A stretch of DNA of 64,000 nucleotides from Phycisphaeraceae bacterium. GTDB taxonomy: Bacteria; Planctomycetota; Phycisphaerae; Phycisphaerales; Phycisphaeraceae. Under the pieces are notes generated by a model. The model was not told where the DNA came from. It did no database searches and was given only the letters and a program-made list of their open reading frames with translations. Below are positions 28,291-37,738 of this stretch, piece after piece. Location of the stretch: positions 3,104,001-3,168,000 of the forward strand of contig OY771506.1 of the NCBI GenBank assembly GCA_963674705.1, read 5' to 3'. Position 1 is the first letter of the stretch, and each line of letters begins with the position of its first letter. Made by a program: the position numbers and the translations under genes.

Positions 28291-30375
28291 TCATCCCACC
28301 AGGCGTGTGATGTCGTTGTACGTCACAAAGAGGAACACGCACAGCAGCAGCACGAGCCCGACGACTGTCGCGGCCGTCTGGAACCCGACGCTTACCGGCG
28401 ATCCCTTGATCTTCTCGATCGCCAGGAACACCGCCTGCCCGCCGTCCGTGATCGGGATCGGCAGGAAGTTGATCACCGCCAGGTTGATGCTGATCAACCC
28501 GAGGAAGTAAAGCAGGTACTGCCAGCCGCCCTGTGCGATGATCGTGCCCTGATGCACGATCCCAACCGGCCCGGACAACTCCTTTGCAGGCACGGTCCTT
28601 TGGAATAAACGAACAAGCGTCATGTACGTGTTCGTGATCCACTGATGCGTCTTCTTGAAACCCAGTGCGGCCGCTTCCATCGGGTTATCACCGACCACCG
28701 GCACACGCAGCAGGTCGACCAGGATGCCCTCCGGTAATTGTGGATACCAACTCGCTTCCGCAAGCTGCTGCTTCATCGACGACGTCAGCGCAACCTTCAC
28801 CGTCTCCTGCGGCTGCTCCGGCAGATTCAATGCATAGGTCAGCTCGACTTCATTTTGATTTTCTTGCGCCGCCAGATCGGTCAGCTTCCGCTGGAAGTCA
28901 GCCCATGATTCGATAGGCTCGCCGTTCAGCGAAACCAGCTTCGAGCCGCTGACCAGCTTCCCGTGTTCGTTGACAGGGGAGTCGGGCAAGGTGTCGGCGA
29001 TAACAACATTGTCGTAAGCCTGACCCATGCCGATCCCCAGCTTGCCTTTGCGGCTGAGTTTGATCGGCTCCATCTCGATACGCTCGCCCTTGCGTAAGAG
29101 AACCAGACTGACCATGTTGTCGCCTTTATGTGCTTCCTCAGCGACTTTGACGACTTCATCAGGGCTGGGCCAGACTTGGCCGTTGATGCTTTCGATCACA
29201 TCATTGCTTTTGAGGCCGGCTTTTTCGGCGACACTTTTCTCAGAGATAAACGAAATCTCCGTCGGCGGGACAAGCCCCAGCAGGTTGGCCGGTGTTTTTT
29301 CACCGCCGTCCGTCGTCAGCGATGGGGCCGCGGCGGCTTGCACGTCGATCGTCTTGCCCGATTCCGTATCAGTGAGCGTTACCGCCACATGCTTGCCTCG
29401 GGCTTCTCTGACCAGGTCGGAATACTGCGAGGAGCGTTCGACCGGTTTGCCGTTGACCGCGGATATCATCATGTTTTTCGTGATGCCCGCGGCTTTGGCT
29501 TCGCTGCCTTCGACCACCGCATCCACCTTCATCGACAGCGGCGACTCGATGCCGATGTAGTACAGGCCCGATGCTTCATTAACTTCAGGCTGGAGCACAT
29601 AGTGCAGCGGCTGCTCGGCCCCGGCACGTTCGATCGTCATATCCAGCTTCGTCTGGTCATTGGACAGGATGGTCGCGTACTTGACGTCCATCATGTCGTC
29701 GACTTCTTTGCCGTTGATATGTGTGATCTTGTCGTCAGGCTGCAGGCCGAGATACGCCGGGTCGTTTTCATGCCCCTGTGCGTAAACGACAGCGGCGGGG
29801 GAGTCGTCCGCGACACTACCTACCACCGCCGGTGGGAACTTCACGCCCGACATGAACGCAATGATGAAGAAGATCATCCCGAAGATGACGTTCATGATCA
29901 CGCCCGCGGAGATCACCGCGAAACGTGCCGAGACGCTCTTGTTGTTAAACGCGCGCGGGTCTTCGCTACGGGCCGAGGGGTCCATGTCCTCCTGCCCAAG
30001 CATCTTGACGTACCCGCCCAGCGGGATGTAGTTCAAGCGGTATTCGGTTTCGCCCAATCCTAACTCAGCCGCGATCTGGTCCGTCTGCTGGACGGTCGGT
30101 GGGGCGGGGTCCGTCTTGCCATCTGCTTCGCACTTGGCTTTGTACGCGTCCTTGATCCGCTTCTCATACTCCGGCTCGGTTGTCCCGACGCGGAAGCCCA
30201 GGCCCTTACGCCAGGTCAACAGCGAATGCCCGAACCCGATCGCGAATTGCGTTGTCTTGATCCCGACCAGCTTCGCTACCACGAAGTGTCCCAGCTCGTG
30301 GACGAAGATCAGGAAGCCAAAGCCCAGGACGATCAGGGCAAAAGCGAAGAGGCTGTTTTCCATGAGGTATTGCAT
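28291..30375 (-). CDS. rseP: Site-2 (M50) intramembrane metalloprotease RseP with multiple PDZ domains
   Basis: FVHELGHF, IPLGGYVKM, NFLPIPITDGG; lies downstream of dxr. Confidence 0.93.
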   Translation of the reverse strand: MQYLMENSLFAFALIVLGFGFLIFVHELGHFVVAKLVGIKTTQFAIGFGHSLLTWRKGLGFRVGTTEPEYEKRIKDAYKAKCEADGKTDPAPPTVQQTDQIAAELGLGETEYRLNYIPLGGYVKMLGQEDMDPSARSEDPRAFNNKSVSARFAVISAGVIMNVIFGMIFFIIAFMSGVKFPPAVVGSVADDSPAAVVYAQGHENDPAYLGLQPDDKITHINGKEVDDMMDVKYATILSNDQTKLDMTIERAGAEQPLHYVLQPEVNEASGLYYIGIESPLSMKVDAVVEGSEAKAAGITKNMMISAVNGKPVERSSQYSDLVREARGKHVAVTLTDTESGKTIDVQAAAAPSLTTDGGEKTPANLLGLVPPTEISFISEKSVAEKAGLKSNDVIESINGQVWPSPDEVVKVAEEAHKGDNMVSLVLLRKGERIEMEPIKLSRKGKLGIGMGQAYDNVVIADTLPDSPVNEHGKLVSGSKLVSLNGEPIESWADFQRKLTDLAAQENQNEVELTYALNLPEQPQETVKVALTSSMKQQLAEASWYPQLPEGILVDLLRVPVVGDNPMEAAALGFKKTHQWITNTYMTLVRLFQRTVPAKELSGPVGIVHQGTIIAQGGWQYLLYFLGLISINLAVINFLPIPITDGGQAVFLAIEKIKGSPVSVGFQTAATVVGLVLLLCVFLFVTYNDITRLVG

Positions 30376-30419
30376 ATTGGCGTCCGTCTTATTCTTATTC
30401 GATGCGTTGGTTTGTTTAT

Positions 30420-31625
30420 TTAGCGTGTGGTGGGTAACGGTTCTTCCGCCAGCCGATCCGCAACAAACTCACGTGCCTGCCGATCCGCCTCCAACACGGA
30501 TTCCAGGCTGTCCAGGTCGCTGATCGGGACCTTGTTCAGGGCTTCCTCGGCTAACTCTACGATACGTCCAAAAGCGATCCGGCGTTCGAGAAACGCCTTG
30601 ACCGCCGCCTCGTTCGCCGCATTGAACACCGCCCCGGCCGTGCCCCCGGCCTCGATCACTTCATAGCCTAGACGAGGAGCCTTAAACCTTTGAAAATCCA
30701 CGGGTTCAAAGCTCAACCCTCTTAACATCGACCAGTCCATCGCGTCGCTGCAGCCCCCGGCCCGCTCCGGATACGTCAACGCATACTGGATCGGCGTCCG
30801 CATGTCCGGCGGGCCCAACTGAGCCAGCACCGAGTTATCCGTGAATTCCACGAAGCTGTGCACCACCGATTCCGGATGCACCAGCAGGTCGATCTTCTCG
30901 CCGGGCAACTTGAACAGCCAATGGGCCTCGATCACCTCCAGCGTCTTGTTCATCATCGTCGCCGAATCGATCGTGATCTTCGGCCCCATGTTCCATGTCG
31001 GATGCTTCAGCGCCTGGTCGGCCGTCGCCTGATCCATCTGCTCCTTCGGCGTCGTGCGGAACGGCCCGCCCGATGCGGTCAGCACGATCCGTTTCACGCG
31101 CTGCTTCGCACCGTTGTGGGTATTCAAACACTGGAAGATCGCAGAATGCTCCGAGTCGACCGGGATTAACTCCGCCCCGTGCTCCTTGAGCATCGGTTGC
31201 ACTAGTTGACCCGCCGCGACAAGTGTTTCTTTGTTCGACAGGCTGATCTTCAAACCCTTGCGGATCGCTTCGAGTGTCGGGGCAAGTCCCGCCGCACCAA
31301 CGATCGCCGCCGCACAATCCGTAGCAGGCACTTCACGCACGAGTCGTGTCGCCGCATCATCTCCCGCAAACACCGTGCAGTCAGGCAGCGCATCGCGCAA
31401 CGCCTTTTCCTGTGTGAGGTCCTGAATCGCGACGTGCTTGACTTTAAACCAGCGTGCCTGCTCGATCAGCGTGTTTGCGCTACCGCCTGCGGACAACCCG
31501 ACGACTTCAATCCCCACGCCGGCCGTGCGGTTCAGGTGATCGACCACCGCCAGCGTGTTCGTCCCGATCGATCCGGTCGATCCCAGCACGATCAGCTTTC
31601 GGGTTGTCGGCTTCGTTGAACTCAT
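30420..31625 (-). CDS. dxr: 1-deoxy-D-xylulose-5-phosphate reductoisomerase
   Basis: LGSTGSIG, NKETLV, PVDSEHSA, LTASGGPFR, HPTWNMGPKITIDSATMMNK. Confidence 0.98.
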   Translation of the reverse strand: MSSTKPTTRKLIVLGSTGSIGTNTLAVVDHLNRTAGVGIEVVGLSAGGSANTLIEQARWFKVKHVAIQDLTQEKALRDALPDCTVFAGDDAATRLVREVPATDCAAAIVGAAGLAPTLEAIRKGLKISLSNKETLVAAGQLVQPMLKEHGAELIPVDSEHSAIFQCLNTHNGAKQRVKRIVLTASGGPFRTTPKEQMDQATADQALKHPTWNMGPKITIDSATMMNKTLEVIEAHWLFKLPGEKIDLLVHPESVVHSFVEFTDNSVLAQLGPPDMRTPIQYALTYPERAGGCSDAMDWSMLRGLSFEPVDFQRFKAPRLGYEVIEAGGTAGAVFNAANEAAVKAFLERRIAFGRIVELAEEALNKVPISDLDSLESVLEADRQAREFVADRLAEEPLPTTR

Positions 31626-34006
31626 GCGGACTCCGCGTCGGGATTCGAAATAGCCACGACCTTGTTGCTATAACCCTTGGAAGGTTGATTCACGGTGGTG
31701 ACCACATCTGACTTAGCCTTGGTGCTACGACGCTTGCGCTTCTTGGTTTGCTTTGTCTTACCGGAAGCCGAGTCGGTCGGTTCTTCCTTGGCTTTGTCTG
31801 CGGGCACTTCCGCTTTCTTGTTTTCTTCGGCAGTTTCTTCCTTGGCAGTGTCCGAAGCCTGCTTCTTCTTGCGGCCTCGTCCACGCCGGCTCTTCTTCTT
31901 CACCGTTGTCGCGGCTTCGTCTGCCGACGGCTCTGCCTTCGCGGCTTCTTCTGGTTTAGCTTGTTCAACCTGCTTTTCTTCAGGCTTCACTTGCTCGGCA
32001 TCAGACGCTGTTTGCTCGGAGACCTCGCCTTCCGCCTTCTTCTTGTTCTTACCCCGGCCACCGCGGCGACGCCGGCGTGACTTCTTCTTTACGCCCTCAC
32101 CTTCCGCTTCACCCTCGGTTGGCTCGACCGCCTCCGGCTCTGCCGCTACGGCTTCTCCGCTTTCCGCCTCCTCGCTCTTGACCTCCTCGATCACTTCCGC
32201 AACCGCTTCAACACCGGTGGCCGGCTCTTCGACCTTCTCGGAAGAACCCCCCTTGCCACGACGCCGACGCCGACGCTTGCGCTTCCGGTTCTTCTCTTCC
32301 TGCTCGGGTTGAGCGCCCGCGATCAGGCTCGGTTCGTCCTCGCCGAATACTTCATGGCTGACGCCCTGATCTTCGCCCTCATCAAGGTCCAGATCATCGA
32401 GTTGATCCAGCGCATCGCCCTCGACTTCCACAAACGTCATGTCCGTGGGCTCGGCAATCCCCTTCAAGTCGCTTAACGAATCGAACTCCATCTGCCCGCC
32501 GCGCTCATCGAACAGGCGGATGTCGACGTAATCCACGCTCGAACCGCCGACACGCACCGTGACGGGCTTGGTGTATCGGTTCTCCAGTTCGACCAGTTGT
32601 GCACGCTTGCGGTTCAGCAGGTGGAACGCCGCATCCGGGCTGATCACCAGCTCCGCCCGCACGACTTCGGAGCGGTGCAGCACCAGCGCCAGCCGACGCA
32701 TCACATCCAGCACAACCGATTCCGGGCTGCGCACGTGTCCGCGCCCTTCGCACGCCACGCAAGCCGACGACAAGCTTGATGCCAGCGACGGCCGCATGCG
32801 TTGACGCGTCATTTCAAGCAGCCCGAACTGGCTGATCGAACCCACACGCGTCCGTGCACGGTCTTTCTTCAGGTTATTGCGGAACCGCGTCTCGACCTGT
32901 CGGCGCTTCTTGGTTTCACGCATATCGATCAGGTCATTCACGATCACACCGCCGAGGTCGCGCAGCCTTAGCTGGCGGCAGATCTCGTCGACGGCTTCCA
33001 TGTTCGTGTTAAACGCGTTGGATTCCGCGTCGCGCGCGCTTCGGCTCTTGCCGGAGTTCACATCGATCGCCACCAACGCTTCCGCCTGGTCGAATACCAG
33101 TGAACCGCCACTCTTCAATGGCACCTCGCGTGCGTTGATGCTTTCGATTTGCCGTTCGATGTCAAAGCGGTGGAACAGCGGGACGGGATCGTTGTAATAC
33201 ACAACCTTCGGCCGGGACCGCGGGCTCGCGATCACCAAGAAGTCGTTCGCTCGCTTGGCCGCATGCGGGTTATCAATCACCACGCGCGAGATGTCATTGG
33301 TAAACACGTCACGGATCGTGCGGATGATCAGATCCTGCTCGGTGTAAAGTTCGCCGACATTTTTAAGCTCTTTTTTCCGGCGTTCGATACTCTTCCACAG
33401 ACGCACCAGGTACGCCAGGTCGCGCTTCAGGTCAGTCTTTGTCTGACCGATACCGGCCGTCCGCACGATGAAGCCAAACCCATCCGGCGGATTCAACTCC
33501 GCCAGGATCTTCTTCATCTCACGACGCGCATCATCATCATCCACTTTCCGCGACACACCCAACCGCTGCATCTGCGGCATCATCACCAGGAACCGGCCCG
33601 GGATCGACAGGTAACTTGTCAGCGTCGGGCCCTTCGTTCCGATGCCTTCCTTGAGCACCTGCACGAGGATGTCCTGGCCTCGCTTCAAACACTTCTGGAT
33701 TGGCGGCCGCTCATGGCGCGGCGTCTTGCTGCCGACTTGCTCTGTTTCTTCGTGGTGTTTGCCCGAAAAGTAGCTGGGGTGCAGGTCCGTGATATGTAAA
33801 AAGCCGTTACGCCCCTCACCGAAGTCGATGAACGCCGCCTGGATCGACGGCTCGACATTCGTCACTTTACCCTTGTAGATATTCCCAACCAGGGAGCCGG
33901 CGCTTGCGCGTTCCTGGTAAAACTCTTCCAGGCTCCCGTTCTCGACGATGGCAATCCTGCACTCCTCGCCGGGAACGTAGTTGATCAGCATTTCTGTTTT
34001 TGGCAT
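31622..34006 (-). CDS. rne: Ribonuclease E/G family protein with disordered Arg/Lys-patch C-terminal tail
   Basis: GNIYKGKV S1 domain, AIDVNSGK, RQLRLRDLGGVIVNDLIDM, GLLEMTRQR, CxxC zinc link; long acidic/basic tail. Confidence 0.9.
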   Translation of the reverse strand: MPKTEMLINYVPGEECRIAIVENGSLEEFYQERASAGSLVGNIYKGKVTNVEPSIQAAFIDFGEGRNGFLHITDLHPSYFSGKHHEETEQVGSKTPRHERPPIQKCLKRGQDILVQVLKEGIGTKGPTLTSYLSIPGRFLVMMPQMQRLGVSRKVDDDDARREMKKILAELNPPDGFGFIVRTAGIGQTKTDLKRDLAYLVRLWKSIERRKKELKNVGELYTEQDLIIRTIRDVFTNDISRVVIDNPHAAKRANDFLVIASPRSRPKVVYYNDPVPLFHRFDIERQIESINAREVPLKSGGSLVFDQAEALVAIDVNSGKSRSARDAESNAFNTNMEAVDEICRQLRLRDLGGVIVNDLIDMRETKKRRQVETRFRNNLKKDRARTRVGSISQFGLLEMTRQRMRPSLASSLSSACVACEGRGHVRSPESVVLDVMRRLALVLHRSEVVRAELVISPDAAFHLLNRKRAQLVELENRYTKPVTVRVGGSSVDYVDIRLFDERGGQMEFDSLSDLKGIAEPTDMTFVEVEGDALDQLDDLDLDEGEDQGVSHEVFGEDEPSLIAGAQPEQEEKNRKRKRRRRRRGKGGSSEKVEEPATGVEAVAEVIEEVKSEEAESGEAVAAEPEAVEPTEGEAEGEGVKKKSRRRRRGGRGKNKKKAEGEVSEQTASDAEQVKPEEKQVEQAKPEEAAKAEPSADEAATTVKKKSRRGRGRKKKQASDTAKEETAEENKKAEVPADKAKEEPTDSASGKTKQTKKRKRRSTKAKSDVVTTVNQPSKGYSNKVVAISNPDAESA

Positions 34007-34232
34007 CGGTATCCCGGTCGCCCGTCAGACATCTTCCGACGGCTTGCCCCATCCCGGCGCACCGATACCCGGCGGCTGGTTGCCGCGATCGATCGGATGC
34101 AGAATCGGTATGGAGTCAAGTCCTCTCACGAATGACTAACGACCACTTTCCATTTTGTTGCTGCCTTCACGCTCCAGCAGGGGTGTTCTAGAATCTGCGA
34201 GCGGTCCGGCTGCGGTTTCGTTTTACCCGGCG

Positions 34233-36002
34233 TCAGTAACCGATGGAACGTCCATCGAACACGCCCGGCATGATTTTGCTTATCTGGTCACGCAAATAAT
34301 TGGCGACCTCTCGGTCCGAATCGAACGTAATCGCCTTGCGGGCGACTCGCCGACATTGGTCTATGGATACGGCCCGGATGATCTGCTTGACCTCCGGTAC
34401 GGCTGGAGGGGTGATCGATAACGACCGCAGCCCCAAGCCCAACAACAGCATTGTATACTCAGACCCGCTGGCCATCTCGCCACACAGGCTGATATCCACC
34501 TTCGATTTATCCGCCTCCCGGACAACCGACTGAATCAGCGTCAAAACAGCCGGGTGGGCCCCCGAATACAGGCTGGCGATCCGCTCGTTGCTGCGGTCCA
34601 CCGCCACCGTGTACTGGATCAGGTCGTTGGTCCCGATCGACAAAAAATCCACCTCGCGACAGAACGTCCGGGCCTGAAGCGCCACCGATGGCACCTCGAC
34701 CATGATCCCCACCGGGATATTCTCGCTATACGGAATGTCCTGCTCGTCCAGGTCCTCCATCACGTCCCCGAGGATCATCCTCGCCTGCCTCAGCTCCATG
34801 ATGTTGCTGATCAGCGGGAACATGATCCGCACAGGCCCTTCCGTCGACGCCCTCAGGATCGCTCTTAGTTGCGTCTTGAACAACGGCAGATTCTGCAGAC
34901 ACAGCCGGATGCTGCGACAACCCAGGAACGGATTCCGCTCCGTCGCCTCGATCCCGGCCGTGATGTTGTTGTCCATCTTGTCCGCACCAAGGTCGAGCGT
35001 GCGGATGGTCAGCATCTTCCCGCCGAGGTTGCGGATCGCTTCGACGTACGTCTGGTACTGTTCTTCTTCCGTCGGCACCGTGCTGGAGGCCAGGAAGAGA
35101 AACTCCGTGCGGTACAGGCCGATCCCGTTCGCACCGTTATTGAGCGCCTGCGCGATCTCATGCGGGAACTCGATATTCGCCTGCAGGTTGATCGCCGTGC
35201 CGTCTTTCGTCTCGGCCGGCAACTCGCGGATCTCACCAAGCTGATCCTCGAAGGCGACCATGCGGTCCGCCTCTTTACGCGAGAGCATCAACTGCTCAGC
35301 GTCCGGATCGATCGTGACGATGCCGCTCTGGCCGTCGATGACGACGGTATCGCCCGTGTTCACTGCACTGGTGATATCCTCTAAACCAACGATCGCCGGG
35401 ATACCCAGCGCGTGTGCGAGGATCGCCGTATGGCTGGTCATGCCGCCGGCGTCGGTTGCGATACCTTTGATCTTGCTACGATCGAGTGACGCCGTCTGAC
35501 TCGGTGTCAGGTCATGCGCGATGATGACTGCGCTGTGTTGAAGCTGACTCAACTCATTGCGCGTCTTGCCGATCAGGTGCCGAAGCACACGCCTCTCAAG
35601 GTCCCACACATCCGAGACACGCTCGCGCATGTACCGGGATTCCGCCTGCAGCAACTTCTTGCCCAACGCCTTGAACACCACGTACACCGCAAACTCCGCG
35701 GTAACACGCTGCATCTGGATCGTGGACCGCACCTCACTGATCAGCGTTTGATCGGCCAGCATCCCCAGGTGGAAACCGAAGATCGCCGCCAGTTCCTGGC
35801 CGACGCTTTCCGCGGTTTTATCCTTGAGTAGCTGGATCTCCTCCATCGATGCGTTGATCGCATCATTCAGCCGTTCCAGTTCGTGATCGATCTGGTCCGG
35901 TGTAACCGTGCGGCGCGGTATCGCCTGGTCCTCGCCATCGAGCACCATCGCCGGCGCGATCGCGACGCCTGGGGATACCGGGATGCCTTTTTTTGTCTGC
36001 AT
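34233..36002 (-). CDS. ptsI: Phosphoenolpyruvate-protein phosphotransferase (PTS enzyme I)
   Basis: GGMTSHTAIL (phospho-His), GLYRTEFL, ERNPFLG, SIGTNDLIQY, CGEMA. Confidence 0.97.
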   Translation of the reverse strand: MQTKKGIPVSPGVAIAPAMVLDGEDQAIPRRTVTPDQIDHELERLNDAINASMEEIQLLKDKTAESVGQELAAIFGFHLGMLADQTLISEVRSTIQMQRVTAEFAVYVVFKALGKKLLQAESRYMRERVSDVWDLERRVLRHLIGKTRNELSQLQHSAVIIAHDLTPSQTASLDRSKIKGIATDAGGMTSHTAILAHALGIPAIVGLEDITSAVNTGDTVVIDGQSGIVTIDPDAEQLMLSRKEADRMVAFEDQLGEIRELPAETKDGTAINLQANIEFPHEIAQALNNGANGIGLYRTEFLFLASSTVPTEEEQYQTYVEAIRNLGGKMLTIRTLDLGADKMDNNITAGIEATERNPFLGCRSIRLCLQNLPLFKTQLRAILRASTEGPVRIMFPLISNIMELRQARMILGDVMEDLDEQDIPYSENIPVGIMVEVPSVALQARTFCREVDFLSIGTNDLIQYTVAVDRSNERIASLYSGAHPAVLTLIQSVVREADKSKVDISLCGEMASGSEYTMLLLGLGLRSLSITPPAVPEVKQIIRAVSIDQCRRVARKAITFDSDREVANYLRDQISKIMPGVFDGRSIGY

Positions 36003-36121
36003 AGGTCCGCACGGGATAGGAACGCCGTATTCTACGCTACTACCGTCCCTGCGGCTCTCCTAATTTGTCGGTTCCGCCTGATCGGTGGGGCGGTTGCCTT
36101 TGTTTGTTTCCGGACAGTCGA

Positions 36122-37348
36122 CTACTTCGCGGCCTTGGCGAGCCGATCGGCGCGGTCGGTCTTCTCCCATGAGAAGCTGCCGTCCTTGCCGGGCTGGCGA
36201 CCGAAGTGGCCATGCGCCGCCGACTTCTTATAGATCGGCTTACGCAAACCCAGGTGTTTGATGATACCTGCGGGGGTCAGCGGGAAGTGTTCTCGGACGA
36301 GTTGGCAGATCTTGCTGTCGCTGATCTTACCGGTCTCAAAGGTCTCAACGTGGACACTCGTCGGCTCCGCGACGCCGATCGCGTAGGAAAGCTGCACTTC
36401 GCAGATATCCGCCAGATTGGCTGCCACGATGTTCTTGGCGATATATCGGGCCATGTACGCCGCAGAGCGGTCGACCTTCGACGGGTCCTTGCCCGAGAAA
36501 GCTCCGCCGCCGTGACGACCGCGTCCGCCATACGTATCCACAATAATCTTCCGCCCGGTCAGGCCCACGTCACCGTGTGGCCCGCCGATTTCAAACTGGC
36601 CCGTCGGGTTAACGTGGATAGTCACCTTCTTCGGGTCATACATCTTCTTAGGCATGCAAGGCTCGATAATGTGCTTGATGACAGCCTGTTTCAGCTCGGC
36701 TTGCTTCTTCTTGCCGTTCCAGATCGGCGAGTGCTGCGTCGAAAGCACGACCGTGTCGATTCGCACCGCCTTGTGATTGGCATCGTATTCAACAGTGACC
36801 TGGCTCTTGGCGTCAGGCCGTAAACCCTTGATTTTGTTGGCTTCACGGACCTTGGCGTGCAGCTCCACCAAACGGTGGGACAGGTCGATCGGCAAAGGCA
36901 TCAAACGCGGCGTCTCTCGGCAGGCATAGCCAAACATCAGCCCCTGGTCGCCGGCGCCTTGTTCCTTATGTAGACCCGAACCTTCCGTCACACCCTGGCT
37001 GATATCCGCCGACTGCGAGTGCATCGTCCGAACCACGCCGCAGGTATCGGCATCAAATCGCATCCCGATGTCGCCGGTGTACCCGATCGCTCGAATCGTG
37101 TCGCGGACCGTGTCCTCGGCATTGTTCAATACTTCGATGGCCTTGGCGTTGTGCACGGTGATCTCGCCGCCGACGATCACAAGTCCTGTTGTACACATGG
37201 TTTCGCACGCCACTCGAGCGTTCGGATCGACCTCCAGCAGAGAGTCCAGGATCGCATCCGAGATCTGATCCGCGACCTTGTCGGGGTGGCCCATCGAGAC
37301 CGATTCGCTGGTGAACAGGTAGTGATCGCTGCCTTTCATCGTTGCCAT
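36122..37348 (-). CDS. metK: S-adenosylmethionine synthetase
   Basis: [43 protein letters not shown]. Confidence 0.98.
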   Translation of the reverse strand: MATMKGSDHYLFTSESVSMGHPDKVADQISDAILDSLLEVDPNARVACETMCTTGLVIVGGEITVHNAKAIEVLNNAEDTVRDTIRAIGYTGDIGMRFDADTCGVVRTMHSQSADISQGVTEGSGLHKEQGAGDQGLMFGYACRETPRLMPLPIDLSHRLVELHAKVREANKIKGLRPDAKSQVTVEYDANHKAVRIDTVVLSTQHSPIWNGKKKQAELKQAVIKHIIEPCMPKKMYDPKKVTIHVNPTGQFEIGGPHGDVGLTGRKIIVDTYGGRGRHGGGAFSGKDPSKVDRSAAYMARYIAKNIVAANLADICEVQLSYAIGVAEPTSVHVETFETGKISDSKICQLVREHFPLTPAGIIKHLGLRKPIYKKSAAHGHFGRQPGKDGSFSWEKTDRADRLAKAAK

Positions 37349-37738
37349 CTGCTTAATTCCTAATGATTTAAATCAATTCTAGTGTGAAGTTGTCCAGAAG
37401 CTTCTGCGGTGACGACCATCGCATCGGGCAAGTGAAAAAATAAGCACTTACGAGCTTCCAGCCTCCGTTCGAACGAGTCTTTTTAGCGGCATATTAGGTA
37501 ATTAGCAAACCCGGGCATGAATCGGGTAGCCAGGTTAACCGATCCTGGGAATGCATCTAAACATATATTAAACTTATAATTATACTTATATTTTTATCGC
37601 GGGGAAACGGCCTGCTTTAATCCATATTCAGTTGCCGATAATCCGCGCCTGCAACTACATTAGACACATCCTCACTTACTCGCCGATGTACGACAGGCCG
37701 GACCCGACGTCCGACATGCTAAAGCCCGTCTCAGGAGC

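Noticed and set aside
37349..37560. SAM riboswitch upstream of metK (GCTAAAAAG resembles the SAM-II/V 3' end)
   Set aside because: The required P1 loop and pseudoknot pairing could not be found, and the motif is ~120 nt from the start codon.
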